A stretch of DNA of 64,000 bases, from assembly GCF_002105155.1 (NCBI RefSeq), contig NW_019028988.1:372001-436000 (forward strand), in the 5' to 3' direction. Each line of letters starts with the position of its first letter. Positions within the stretch are counted from its first letter, which is position 1. The notes beneath the pieces were generated by a model. The model had not been told where the DNA came from and ran no database searches. It worked only from the letters and a program-made list of their open reading frames with translations. The position numbers and the translations under genes were made by a program. This document shows positions 13,315 through 27,328 of this stretch, one piece after another. The stretch comes from Lobosporangium transversale (taxonomy: Eukaryota).

Positions 13315-13529
13315 CTAAGATAAATGGAAGCTACCTTGCCCTTCTTCATAAGCCATCTTGAACTTGGCTAGTGTTACCTCTTTGCATGAGTAATCCGGCA
13401 TCTTGAGATAGTTCGCACACGTCATCACTGATGGTAAATAGTCATCTGCTTTCAGAGGCGCTTCGAACGGCTTGCAAACAACTGTGAAAGGTGGATGGAG
13501 ATTCTTGAAACCTGTGAAGCAAATGGAGT

Positions 13530-13587
<58 letters not shown>

Positions 13588-16500
13588 AAACATATAAATG
13601 TTGAAATTGAAATACAGTCAGCCATACCTCCAATAGGCAGTTTGGGACTACCGGTAATAAATTGCAGGAACTGCCTTCTCTCTTGATTATTGAACTCGCT
13701 CATGATTGTAAGCAGATTCTTGAAAGCACGGCTTTCGCTTCGGAAGCCATGATCAGCCTTTACTGTATCCACGAGCGCTAGATACCATAATTTTAACAAC
13801 AAATTCATCAACCACACTACAATAACATCACTTTACAACCTTAGGCCACTTGAACGAAAGCTATTTCTTCTGCATTTTCGAATAAAGTACTTACTCTCGT
13901 ACGACCAGTCTTCTTCACCCAAGCCAAACAAATTGACCAACTCTTCTGATGTAAACCCTGCCAAATCTTGAATGGAAAAGACGCTGTTGAATCCTGCACG
14001 AAATGCGGATAATTGAGCCTCGACACCACGACCTACAGTCATATCTACGGTCAACCTGATATATTCCTCGACATTGTAAATAGTTACTGGAACGCTAGCT
14101 CCACCAGTCTAAACAGCATCGACGCATAAAAAAAAAAAAAGAATGGTTCAATTACGATGTTCATGCGAGCATAGTGCCTTTCATAGAATGAATTGCCAAG
14201 CCTTTGATCGAACCTTGAGTTCAATATGAGGATAACCTGCAAGTGTAAAGTCAAGACTCATATCCTCCAATTTCGTTCCATGCAGCTTGATATTTTTTAG
14301 GGCAACTTCACGTTCTTTACTAGGAAGCTTCATCCCGTATATACGCTTCTTTTCGGTCACAAAGGCATGAAGACTCTCTAGCGATCGTGCAAGGACAGGG
14401 TCAATGAGAGAAACTAGCTGAAGGTGTGTCTTTAGATTATGACCAAGTAGCTGGTTGACAAACAATGGTGAGAGCGGCACGTCGATAATTCGAGAATCCA
14501 GCATAGCCTTGGCAATGAACTGGCCAAGAGATCTAAATAACTTCAGAATTTTTCTACAAATAAAAAAAAAAGAAAAAAGATTTAGGTGTCTGTCTACTTC
14601 TACAAGGTCATGATACATCGTACTGCTTACATACTTTTCATCGTCAGAATCGGTCCTATGATACGCCATCGGTCTGGGGAACAATCCTTGTGGAGCCGAG
14701 ACATACTCAGTCAGAGATTCAGAATCCGCATCGCGCCAGAGTTTCAGTGACTTTTTACAGAACTCCTTAGAAACTAACGAATAAAACTCGAGCGTAGGAC
14801 CTAATCCTGTTCCAACTTCATCAAAGAACTCAACTTCTAGCATGGCCTGACTCGCTCCATAGAGATCCATGACGCGAACTGCTGATTCGAGTGCCTTTTG
14901 TCTGGAAATACGGACTTTTTGTCGTTGAATTCTACCTAAGAACGTCTGAGAATCATCACGATGATCTGTATGCCCATTGCGCTGCTGTTGCGTCTGCCAA
15001 CGCATGATTGATCGTGAGAAACCAAATGCAGTTGACTGAAGATATGTGTATCGGGTCTCAAAAGGGAACAAGAACGGGAAACCTTTTACGAGCCCAACAG
15101 TCCAATCAGGCAAACATGAACTAGCAACAATCAATGGCTCTTCTAGCTGACGATTCACTTTGGCAGTGATTTTGCTGTTAACGAATTCACGGTTTGGTAG
15201 CCTTTGAACAGGAGTAATGGGTAACTGATCATCAGATCCAAAGAACCGCCTCCAATCATTGTTGAGCCCATGAAGAATGCGCAAGAGTCCAAGGATAGGA
15301 CCATATTCTGCTTGCTGTGGCAATTCTTTGGGCATCTGCGCAGTAAAAGTCAAATCGGTGTCTTCCGGACTTTGAGTGTTTGCAGCCAAGGCGAGCTGCT
15401 CTGGAGGGGAAGAATCGACGCGCCTGTATTTGATAGGGTACATCGAGGACCACATGCTACGCTGCGATGCATTCCGGCCATTCTTGCGCTCGTATTCGTG
15501 GATGGCTCCATAAACTGTCATATCTGTGTTAATTGGATTTCCGTAAAGAGAAAATTGGATATACCATGGCGAAGACGATTCTTGGGATGAGTTGTGGGAG
15601 CTCTTTTCCTTTTTCGGCAAATTTGCATTCTCTGTTTTTTGCAGACAGTTGTCAGTTTCGCTTGCTCCGCTGGATATGTTAGTTTTGGACATGTCTGCCA
15701 TCTTGACATCCGACTCAAAGTCGATGGTGGAGGATTCAACACCTTTACTGCTCTGAACACTGCCTCTGCGCTCAAGATCATATTCCATCTCTTCGACATC
15801 GCCCTCGCTGTCCTCATAAGAGTCATCTGGACTACTTCCACCAGCATCCACCGGCCTCTTGACAGGTGACGGTTGAGCATCGGTATTATCAGTAACTTTC
15901 TCCTCTGAGCCTTTGCTAGCAAGCTTTTGCAGCCGGCTGCTCCTCCTCGGTGTAGACTCTTTTGGGTTAATGCCCGTAACACGACTCTGTGATGATCCAT
16001 TTTTGCTACCGTCATTATATTTAGTATCTGTTGAAGAAAGTCTTGGTTTCAAGCGAGGTCGAAGATATTCATCTAGTGTTCTGAATGTAGCAATGGCGTG
16101 GATCGATACAACCAAATTTTGATAACCAGACGGCACCTCAGTGCCCTCATCAGGAGATAGTTTGAGTCGAACCTGTGTAGCAAGGCTGGACGATGAATTA
16201 TTTCTCACCTCGCCTAATGACGATTGCGCCACCTCAACCTCAAACGTCTCCATGCGAGTCAATGCCTCCTGCATCTTTTTCACAAGTAGGATGAAGGGTG
16301 AAGTTGCAGCTGATGTACCTGTTTCCTTGCAAGGAGTATTCATGAAATGTTCAACAAAGTTGCGCATCTTTTCATCCTGACTAGAGAATCCTGCCCTCTT
16401 GGGGTTAGCAAGGTAGCTTAAAAGAGCCTGGGGCAACCCACTGTTCAAAAACTCAAATGATGATATGCCTGTTGAGCCTAATCTAACAAAGTACTTCGAA

Positions 16501-19500
16501 AGCTCCTTGATTGTATTTGAAGCTAGACCGCGCGATTCTCGAAGTTCAGTTGCCATCCGCTTGAGATCGCTTAAAACAGACGTTCCCTTATAAATCCCAT
16601 CATCTGGTAAGGAGCCGGTTCTTTGGAACAATTCAATGAAAATTCTAGCCCGTTCAAAGATCCATTCCTTCGCTTTGCCTGACCCTAATCCCTTTTCCTC
16701 CTTCTGAGCTGTTATCACAGAGCGAGATCCACCTGTAATCAAGCGTTGAAGAGTACGAACATGCTCAAGAGCAGACAATCGAGAATCAGGTCCTTGCGCT
16801 CCATTTTCACCATCACTTGGTCTCGAGAGCATATATTGGCCCCATGCTGCTTCAAGTTCTCTTCCAATAGCATCTAACTGCTCGTCTATTGTCCCCTTCT
16901 GATCCTGTTGAGTACGCATGCCACGCAGTTCGGTAATTAGATCTATCAATCGCTGATTATTGGTCGAGGCTATCGTGTGTGATTCATGCGAATTTGCATC
17001 CGATCTCTCGTCTATTCCTGAATTCGAAGCACCGTTGAATATATTATCTTTGGCTAGTATATTCTGGTCTGTCTCCGTAGTAGTTGCCTTAACTATTTCT
17101 TGATTATCGCTGTTGGTAATCTTTGTACTATCTTCTACCATCGTATTGGTGCATTTAGCTTCCTTAGCTAGGCTTAACTCTGCTCCTAGATATGCCAACT
17201 TCGAAATCTCGAATGTCACGCCCTCCCGCTCAAAGAAAAATCGGTAGACCGATGGAAGCTTCATCATAAGGAGAGTAGATATTTGGAGCGTTGCAGCTAC
17301 CAAAGACTGATGCTCTTGTTGAGAAAGTACAATTGCTAAAAAGCTGGCAAGTTCCACATTCTAATACAGGGACGGCAATATAATTGAGTTTCCTTCTTTT
17401 TCATCCAAACTGAAGAATATAAGGCTTATGGTCAAATAAATGTGATGGCGACAAGAGTAACTTTTTTCCTACCTTAAGAACTCCTTTCAGAACATCATCG
17501 GGTGTATAGTATATCAACTTCACAAGCGCATGAATGGCTCTCTGTCGGACTCTCAGGTGAACTGTGGACGAATAAACCTCGATTAAAGTTGGGATCATGA
17601 CCTTGCCCATCCTTCGTATACGCTCAGGATGTGATTTTAAGAGCTCTTCCCTTTTATCGATCTCAATACTGGCTGAAGTATTTGCCATATCGACGTCATC
17701 CTCTTGCACATCTTGATTCTCTTTGTTTTTTTCATCTTTTTTCAGCGCAAGATATCGGTACTCTGTATCAAAAAGTGCATCGTCTATAGATATTTGTGAC
17801 CAAGCAGTAAGTGTGCTTAGTGATATGCTCAAATATTACTTTTTTTTTTTTTTTTATCATTGGTCGAACTTTACCTTTCGGTAGAGAAGGAAGTAGCTCT
17901 GTAATAATACCAATGACCTCGGAGACTTGCTCCTTAGATCGGGATCCGATGTCCGGTACCAACAGTGGGTCCTCGTTCTCTGAATCAGTATTCGGAGCAT
18001 GAGTTCCTGTGAGTACAAGATATAATGTGTCGATGATATCCATTTCAAGCAATGCGAAACCGAGCGTTGGGGAGTGTTCGGCTACGGTGCTCAAAAAATG
18101 CAAGAGTAGGGTATAAACGTGAGGTCTGAAGAAAGTCATTAATACCTGTTACTTGTTTAATTTCGAATAACTTTGTAAGGCTCAGATATTGCCATTCTAA
18201 GTGGTCATTCATATCATCTACAATCTTACCCTACAACAACATTTGCATTGGGCGATAAAAGGGATAATACCGCTCTCAAGATACTCTCAGTGATGATAGT
18301 CTAAAATAAACAAGGAACAATGTCAGATACATTAATTCTTCAGATAGTAGTTGAACAATGGTCATTGACTAGAAGCAGGCTCATGGATTTATAGCCTTAA
18401 ATGGAAAATGAGCATTATAGATATTACCTGTAGATGTACAGCACTTGATTTGTAGCTGTCGGCAAGTCGAACAAAGCAAAGACACGCCTGTTCAACAATT
18501 TTTTGGTCCGAGTATTGCAGGATGCTCTCAAGGTTCGGCAATATGTCTTGTACCATGGAAACGCTGTCATGCTGGATTCCTCGGCAACAATTGGCAGCTG
18601 TTTTAACTGCAGTTCGTTGCACATTAGTCGAAAAAAAGTCAAGAAACATTAAAACAGCCGCTAGCCCCCCTTCTTTGACGACAGTGTGAGGGTATTCTGA
18701 AGAAATCTTTTCAAGGGTCTATAAAAGTTATCGACGTTGGCCTGGATTTAGCAAGCGTATTAACCATCACACAGTGATTGTTGATGCATATAACTATTAC
18801 TACTTACTGTCAAAGACTGCTCTGCGACATCAATGTATTGAATCTCAATGAGTTTTGCACAGAGAACAGGCACAGCTCCTCCATGAACGACGTTTCCAAG
18901 AGAGCCTGGCATTGCTTCCATCAGGTTTGACAAACAGCGGCATGCAAGGAGCATAATTTCAGGGTTATCGTCACCATCGCCATTTCCCCGCATCAACAGG
19001 ACCAGTTCTTTGACGAACGAATCGGTGCTGAAGTAGCCTTGTAGTGTCTCTTCTGTGGAAACAGAGAGAAGGACAGCCAAATCTTGGAGGGCGATTAGTT
19101 GAAGCGAAGGATCTTGATAAGCCCGAAGATTGCTCAATATGCCTTTCAGTCGTGATGATATTCCAGAGACCATGCCGCTCATGTTACCGCCCGAAGAAAA
19201 GAGCCCTTCCTCGTCGTCCTCATCCTCCTCATCTTCATCTTCATCCTCGTCTTCATCTTCTTCTCCATCATTTTCTTCTTGCTCCGCCATATCCTCATTT
19301 GTCTGCCGATCGGCCTGTGGTGGCACAACACTACTTGCACTATTTGCTTGCCTTTCAGCTGCGACGACTTCATTGTCCATGTGGCAATTTAGTGCATCTG
19401 GCTCAGCTACATCCTGATCATTCGTATTTGCGGGTTGACTACCGCCAGTGCACAAGTCCTGAGTGCTGGAGGAGCTCATGTCTTGAGCGGACTTTAAAGA

Positions 19501-20106
19501 AAGTTTTCTATTGTTTGAATAGGATCTCTTTTGGGAAGTGCTGTTTTTGGACTGTCGCATAAAGGACGGGATGCCCTGGATTTGCTTTTGATGCGGTCCA
19601 GACGCTTTAGTTTGAAATCGACTAGCTGCAGATGATGAAGATATCGTGGAGGATGACGAAGACTTCTTTACTACGGTTATCCGAGGCTGCTTAGATCGAG
19701 TGCGACTACTAGGGCTTTGAGCTTCGTCGTCGTTTAATCTCTGATTGTTACTGTTACCCTGGTATTCAGACGCAGTATCCTCACTAGCGCGTTTTTGGGA
19801 CGATGAAGTAATAGTAGTGGGGTTTGAAGCAGGAAGCGAGGAGGAAGAAGAAGTACTAACAGAAGAAATGGGAAGTGTTCCGTCGATGCCAGACGAGAAT
19901 GTAATAAAGTCAAGTCGTGCTTTCTTTGAGACTCTAGCTTGATGTCGAGTGATGGCGTGCGAAGTCAAAACTGTTGCCTTTGTGGGCAGGGAAGAAGATG
20001 CCGACGATAAAGATAACGACGGTGAAGACGTTGAGAATGTCGGTGATGCTGGGATCTGACTTGTCCTAGTGTTATGAGTACGAGGCGAATTCAATCGAGG
20101 AGGCAT
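13315..20106 (-). CDS. UFD4: HECT E3 ubiquitin ligase, UFD4/TRIP12 family (multi-exon)
   Basis: ARM region EIMLLACRCLSNLMEAMP, KLIEIQYIDVAEQ, FLDFFSTNVQRTAV; HECT motifs RQKVRISR, EVGTGLGPTLEFYSLVS, FITGSPKLPIGG, catalytic LPSVMTCANYLKMPDY; ends GSFHLS*. Confidence 0.95.
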
Positions 20107-20701
20107 GAAGAATGGTGGGCCCAGCAATTGAATGGCACAATATTAGGCCGAAATGCCGTAATAATGAAGCGACGAGCAGTTGTAATGCACAAGTTGCGGC
20201 GCGAGCGTAATGTTAATGTTGGAAAGAGTAACAATAAAGAAACAGAGAGAGGGTTAGCCAGTAAAAGACAAGAAAAGAAAAAAAAGGGAAGAATAGCTGC
20301 GGTACAGCTCAATGTAAAGAATGATATGACTTTGAAGTGGATAGACTTTTATACGAAGTAACGATGTGGGACAGGTAACATGAACTGAAAAACCAAGGAA
20401 AATAGATTAGAAAAGGAGCAGTAATCAGACGGACACAGGCAAGAAAATAAACTCAATGCTTTCGCAAGGAAAAAAGAATCGTCAAAAAAAAAAAAAAAAA
20501 AAAAAAGTGAGAGAGAGGGAGATAGAGAAAGCGTTTCTTGGAATGAATGGAGAATTACCAGTTGGTGGCGTGAATGTACGATTTCAATTTGCAATGACGA
20601 AGAAAAAAGTTGGGATAGGATGGAAGACAAAGTGAAGGAAGGAATATTGACGGAGACAACAATCAAATCTCATATCACCACAACCGCCATCACCAGCACT
20701 A

Positions 20702-21548
20702 TCAGGCGAGATAAACTTGATTTGTCCTTGTGCTCCCTCTTGTCACGCTTCTACAAGTAAAGACCCAAAGAAAGGGGAACAGAATACACACAAAACGCAG
20801 TCCCTTGGATCCTTCCCACACGGTTTCCCCACCTTGCACCTTCTCCAAACATGCCAGATTGGCGCCATTGCGGAGGGAAACGTTACCTTTTATGGTGTAA
20901 CAAGTTTCCATTGTCGTTACTGCCAATCGACACTGTCGATTTTATTCCATCTGGAAGAGTAAGAGATTCTGAGTCTGTTGGGCCTGTGTCTATACTTATA
21001 TCTGCATTTTGTCTTATGCAAGCTGTGCTACGATGCGATACGGTGCTGCTCTGGCTGGAACTAAAGCTTTCGTCCTGAACAGTGTGTGGGACCTGAACAG
21101 GTTGTGATGCAGTGAAGATTGTTTGGCCAAGATGGCACGGGAGAGATGCTTCATGATTATTGTGATGAGACATTGTTGTTGAATTTTTACACCTCGGGGA
21201 CAGTTTGGCTAGTGGCAAAGAAGACGATGTGATGACAGGTGATTTTATATCATGCACCATCATTCCATACTGATGTAAATGATGCTGCGAGATATTTCGA
21301 TCTGTTGACAGCTTTGAAGCCTTTGTTTGCTTCATGGGATTGCTCGAACGCAAAGGAGAAAGCCTTTGGGGAACTGATTGAACATGGATGTCTTTTGACG
21401 AGGTATCATGGCTTTCGTGGCCTCTTTTACGTAATTCGCTAGGAGGTGGTGACTCCAGTCGATTCCTTTGGCTCACATGCTTCTTATTTCCGGAAGTTGG
21501 TCTGCTTGACGACTGTGAAGTGGATCTGGTCGAAGGCAGACTCGTCAT
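20702..21548 (-). CDS. Hypothetical Ser/His-rich low-complexity protein; one possible intron near 20755-20885
   Basis: Open frame 20883-21713 with first ATG at 21548; GTAACG donor and pyrimidine-rich TTGTAG acceptor; no recognisable domain. Confidence 0.35.
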
Positions 21549-22782
21549 GGCATCGGTCAAAATATATATCCTATAGCCGCAATAATTACCACCGTTTTTC
21601 AAAAGTGGAAGAATATCTTTGAATCCAATACCTGCTCTTGTCTCTCTTATGCTATAAGCTGATGTGATCCTTTCGTCTTCAGGTCGTCCCTTAACAATGA
21701 ATGCGAAAAGCAATGAGAGAGATGGAGTTTATATAAGTCGGCTGTGGGACAATGAACTAAAAAAAAAAAAAAAAAAAGCAGTCTCCAGGAAGAACTTGCT
21801 CACTCGACAATCATGAACATCTTTATTATCAAATTAATTGCGCCAAATATGTACCTGAGTACTACAAGTATGGGTTAACGGTATTCTTTTACGCTCGTGA
21901 AGCGCAATGGATTGTCTCAATCTTGTCAGTAAAGCCAAGATTTAATTCCTCTTCCCCCGTCAACAAGAATAGAAAACATAAAGCTTTTTCGTTGTTAAAC
22001 GTTGGTCAAAGAGCGCAGTATACAGTGCAAATCAACACAGCCTGTATTTAGCTTTGGCGACTCGCCTCCAGATAGACACAACTCCCGGTCGGCTTTATAA
22101 GTCTTATGTCGTTACGCAAGGAGTATTTATACTCGTTGGCATGAACGGCGACATGCCTTGCAACAGTAAGATGTAGTAAGTATCAATAAAATTCTTTTGG
22201 GACAAGTCTGACCACAATTACTCATTCGACCTGGACGGCACGGTATATTATCTTTATGGTGTCAGTGGCATATCCTAGACTGTCATCAGAGCTTCGCCAA
22301 CAAAAACCTTTTACTGAAGGACGAAATCGCAGAGCTGGTATCTTATGCTATTGACCTGAGTCAGCTATTGCGCTGATAGAAAGCAGCTCCTCGTGAAAGA
22401 GCTAGAGCCAAGCTGAAGCTCCTATCGTTCGCATAAAATGCTACCCTTGTAATGCTTCGGCCAAAATCATCGCAAGTTGTTATCAAGATTGGATCTACAA
22501 GCATGTAGTCGCGGAGAAAGCTCGCCCAAAATTGGCTAAAATGTATTATTTCCTGAGGAATTTTCTTCCAATGAAGGGTTGGATCGTTATTTCCATAAAC
22601 ATACTACTAAAACGGTATCAGTTTATCTTTACAGAGGGTAAAAATAAAATATCTTGACGCCAGGAAATCCATTAGCTCACTGGTTCCTGTTCCTGAACCA
22701 TTGCGCCATTTTTATGGGCATAGTTATTACTTCATTCCTCACTCATTAACCAATTTTTAATATTTTTTCGAGTTACAACACT

Positions 22783-23290
22783 ATGTCCAGCCCTTCCGCT
22801 ACAGCTTTCACCATGCGGCTTCCCAGAGTAGTTGTTACTCCTTCAACTCCTCCCTGTTTAATTAACAACACATCGAAGGGTGGGTCGCGTGCTACTATTG
22901 GGGTACCTCAAAGGAACAAACTCAGCAACCGCCCTCTGCCGGCGAGGGGAAGGAGGAGGGCAGGCAGGAGTTCGGGGAGTAGACCTCAACGAAGAGGATT
23001 TTGTCGAAGATGATCTGGTGGATAAAGAGAATGTGCCCCCTGTCGTCCCCTTGGTGAGGAAAAGGAGGTCGAGACGGCCTCACAAAGAACGATCCCAGAA
23101 GGGGCGTTTCAATAGTCTTTTTGCTCAAGAAATGAGGCTGATGAGTCAAGAGCTACGTGAGCAGCAGCCACGTCGGGCCAATATGATGGGGTCAAACCAG
23201 GAATATGACAAGCTGGTACATAACGACCTGGCTTCCATGACGCTGCTAGAACAGGGCCCTGCTGTGACGCAAAAAATATTAGAACTCTAG
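22783..23290 (+). CDS. Hypothetical small disordered protein split over two frames (frameshift or 46-nt intron 22880-22925)
   Basis: Overlapping ORFs 22783-23013 and 22880-23290, GC-richer than the flanks; LPRVVVTP and DKENVPP motifs. Confidence 0.4.
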
Positions 23291-24024
23291 GCCACTCAAG
23301 AGAACAATAAAACTCATGGTTTTGTACAAAAGTTCGAAAATAGTTACTTTACAAATATTAGAAGCGTCATTGCTTGAACTAATATGATTTTTGACTTAAC
23401 GATTGATATCGTGCGCTTTAACTATAAAACCCTAACCGAAGATCACTCTATAATTCTAACTGTGAAGATTGTCATAATACTTATTCAAGGACGAAGATAC
23501 CAAGAGCTACTCAACTTCATTTAAAGCAGCTCTCTCTCGCTCACGCAAGTCACCTTCCATGGCGAGCATTCTATCGAGAATTGAATATATCACGTCTTTC
23601 TTAAACTTGTATCATCTAGCCGCCTGGTGATAAAAATGGACCTACGCAGTACTTACTATCAATCATTTTGCCGACCACACTGTCGCTATTCCGAGCACTC
23701 GAATTATTTTCATTATCTGTGTTCATGCAACTAAGGCAGCCTTCTTCTACTTCTTCATCCACTTACTTTTTGATACAAGAGCAGTTCCCTACACCATGAC
23801 AATAATTAGTGTTTAGCAGAACTGTTAGATTACAATAGCGACACTGATTAGCAATTTTTTAGTAGACCATAGGCCAACCTGTCCCTAGGAGCAAAGTCAT
23901 TAGGTCAAGAGTTGCAGCGCCTGAAAAAGTGTAGGCTCCATTACGGGTGCTTATTGCCGACCTGACCATCATACATGCTTAATGATAGCCGATACTACGT
24001 TCCATAATGCGCCTCTATCAATTC

Positions 24025-25161
24025 CATAAATATGTGGCGTCAAATTCGTGAGTTTTTTATTTGTTGAGATGCTCAGGTGTAGAAGCGACCCAAGAGTTCG
24101 CTTCTGTACTCCAGGGAAAAATCCCGGTTGGCCTGGCGGATCTACCCACAACAAATTTCGGATGCAGTGCTTAGAATGCTGTCATTGATGTGGCCTGTTA
24201 ATGTTTCCCGGCCATGAAGATCTTAGCGTCGTACATGCATCTTGATCTTTCCAAAGACCCACTCGGCTGCATTTAGCTGAGGGGTATAGGAAGGCAGCCG
24301 CAGGTAAATGTGTTTACCACTGGTGACATTTTGTACATCGCCAACCTGTGAAAAGACGCGCTATCCATCATGATGACTCTTGGGATTGGGAGAGCGGGGA
24401 TGAGCTTGTCGACCAGGAAGACTTGGAAAGTCTGAGTGTTGAAGGTTCCCAAGCGTACTTACCAATAGCGACTACGACAGAAATGTTTTGTCCCTACTGA
24501 GTAGGACGAATTCTTAAAACCTTTTTTTCCTCGTGGTGCCCGACCAATCTACGCGTAAGATACAGGTTAAACCCGGCTTCGTCAACAAACACTGCGTCTG
24601 TCAGGTTTGTGCCATTTATGATCAGGTCCTGTCTTCATCGAACACGACCAGCAATCCTCTCTGGGCCATTGTGGTCCTCAGGTCCACAGCGCATTAGCTT
24701 GAACATGTAGCCTACTTGTTTACTAACCGCTCTGTTGACGGCAGATAAGAACACAGGCGAATCGAAGCGAAAAGTCTCATTGAGGGACTGTGTAGACTGG
24801 CAACAGTCAGGCCAGGGTTTTCATCAAGCTGACCTTTTAACCATGCAATATGCTTGTCCTGAAGTGCTGAACGGTGATTACCACGCCCCTCCTTTTCAAA
24901 CGTCTCAGTGATACTTTTTACTGTTGTGTACGAGAAGCTAAATCGACGGGCAGTCTCTGCGTATGTCATCCCTTCATCAAAAATGAATGCAATTATTTTT
25001 AGGCGAGCGAAAGTGAGGGTCAATACGTTTGAACGTGGACAAATGGTGTTGTATTATAAAAAAAAGAGAATGTTTAGCGTACCACAAGGTCCTACTTGTT
25101 CTTTTATCTAGCTCTATCATTATATTTTACTATTTTTGCGAAATTGACACACATATTTATG
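24025..25161 (-). mobile_element. Degenerate IS630/Tc1-mariner DNA transposon (HTH + DDE_3 transposase pseudogene) with imperfect TIRs
   Basis: Minus-strand fragments: HTH GMTYAETARRFSFSYTTVKSI, AVFVDEAGFNL, GQNISVVVAI, VIMMDSA, LPSYTPQLNAAEWVFGKIK, with stops and frameshifts; TIR CATAAATATGTGGCGTCAAATTCG (24025-24048) vs reverse complement CATAAATATGTG-TGTCAATTTCG (25139-25161). Confidence 0.88.
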
Positions 25162-27328
25162 ATATTCCAGTTGTTGGGATGCGTTTCAGATCCATGTTTT
25201 ATTAATATATATTTAATATTCTCTCATGAACGTTTCATGAAATGGATACCTCGAGCGGAGTTTTATACCATGTGAATGCTATTTTTACATCGTGGTTTTT
25301 TTTTCTTCCTTCTTTCCAACATGCCATTGCTCTGCATTAGATTTTGTTATGTTGCTGCATGATGACACTTGCCAGCATATTCCCATGTTAACAGATGTAT
25401 CAATATGCTTGTATATTGTCTATATTGTCTATACATGCATCGAACATTTATACTTAAATAATCATAGTATTGCCTTTTGTGAAAAGCAATTCACCTTAAC
25501 GCACTGAAATGTATATGTGATAAATAGTATATATATGCTCGTAGGCAAGCATTATGCCACAATATATTACTGGTTTCATCTCTAAAGTGTAATATAGACG
25601 CCAGATGATCTTCATATGTCATCCTAAAGCAGTCAATGCTTACATCTTTTTTCTTTCGTTGTACTCACCTATAAGTTTAGTAGTTCACAGCGTAGTAATT
25701 CACAATCCCATTTTGGTCGAGCTGTAGGTTCTTTGCAGATTCGTGTATAATGTGAACAGATGACATGTCTGCAATCATGATAAAAAAAGCTGGTTTTCCC
25801 TCAGCTTGGACTGTACCTTTTGATTCCCCACGCTCGTTCATCTTGTATTATCGAATGACTGAGCTTCCTCGTTAGAGACTGCAGGCACATTGGCGGCCTC
25901 GTTGGAATTTCTGTAAACAATATCCATTGCCCTTTCGCTGCCACGTTTTTTGAAAAGTTCAAACTCATCTTTTTAACCGATTATAACAGGCTAATTATGT
26001 TTTTTAGTGTTTAGTGGAAATGCTATACAAATGTAACACAGCTGGCGGAGGAAAAAAAGTTGCGCCAAAGCAAACAAACGGAGTCCCAACAAAAGGTTAA
26101 AGGCAATATGGCCGCATTGCTCTCATGACCACTAAGACATGAAGTAGACCTCAGCCCAGACTCAGAACCTTTTTACTCGGCTCCACTCCAAACTCTATGC
26201 ATACAAAACAAAGTGGTTAGCAAAGCAACTTTTGAGTAGGCAGTATATTTATTGAAAAATATTATTATATATATATTTATATATTATATATATATCTATA
26301 TGTATTTATACTTACATGCCTCAAGTGTATCGGCAAGTTCATCGCAGTGGAATGTAAAAATTAGCCACCATTACAATTCAATCATCGTCTTTTGGTATGA
26401 ATCACACCAAGGAATGGGTATATGTATACATGTGGCGGGACATGCCTGTTCCAAGCAAAGTTCATCCTTTTTTTTTCTTCGGCGGTTTTAATCCCAATGT
26501 CATTTCATGTCTAGCCTGCATGTGCACGACCACATCTGAGCATGGTGATGCTTTTATTCAATGATGAGCCATATTTTTCCATCTCCTTCTCCGCGGAAAG
26601 GACAAAAACGATCAAACAAGCTGAGCAACAGGGTCAAAATGTATGCTATGCATATCATACTCTTGCGAAGCTCTTAACGTGGAGAAAAGGCTTCAGCCTC
26701 ACAAATCACACAGACGACTTCAATTAAATATCTAAATTCGTTCTACTTCTTCACATTCTTTTTGGTTTTGTATCTTGTCACGGACTGATGGATTCCAGAC
26801 TTTTCTCTCATACTTCTTCCTTTCTTTGCCTGGCCATGAACCTAACTGCGAGGCTCACTATTTCGTACGGTAGTATACAATAATACGTATTCAATATATA
26901 TATTTATATATATATATTATATATATATATATTTTTTATATTATGGGTATAAAAATATAATGTATATATTAGTCTGCGAAACCTTGGGGCTCATTTGTTT
27001 AGAATGGAAGTAGAGAAACATGCAAAGAAAACATTATGATGGCACCATGCGTCTTGCTAAACCTTTTTTTTTTTCTCCTGCTCAGAAAGAATCGTATAAG
27101 AAGAGAGGATCCCCTTTTTTTTTTCTTTTCTTTTTATTTTTTTAATCTATCTTCTAACACCAACCTTTGACTTCGTCTCAGTTTCGGATACTCCATTTCG
27201 TTCGAGATTACTATACCCTAATAATACTTCTTTATCCAACAGTCTCAGCAACTTTTATTCATTTTTTCCACCAGGCTCCTTAGCTCCTTAAAACTTCATA
27301 TACTACCACCTATAAACCATTTCTTGCT

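Noticed and set aside
21850..22700. Possible decayed gene (LDCHQSFANKNLLLKDEIAELVSYAID)
   Set aside because: Multiple stops and no diagnostic motif; family cannot be supported.
26240..26975. AT-dinucleotide-rich patches
   Set aside because: Ordinary simple-sequence intergenic DNA.
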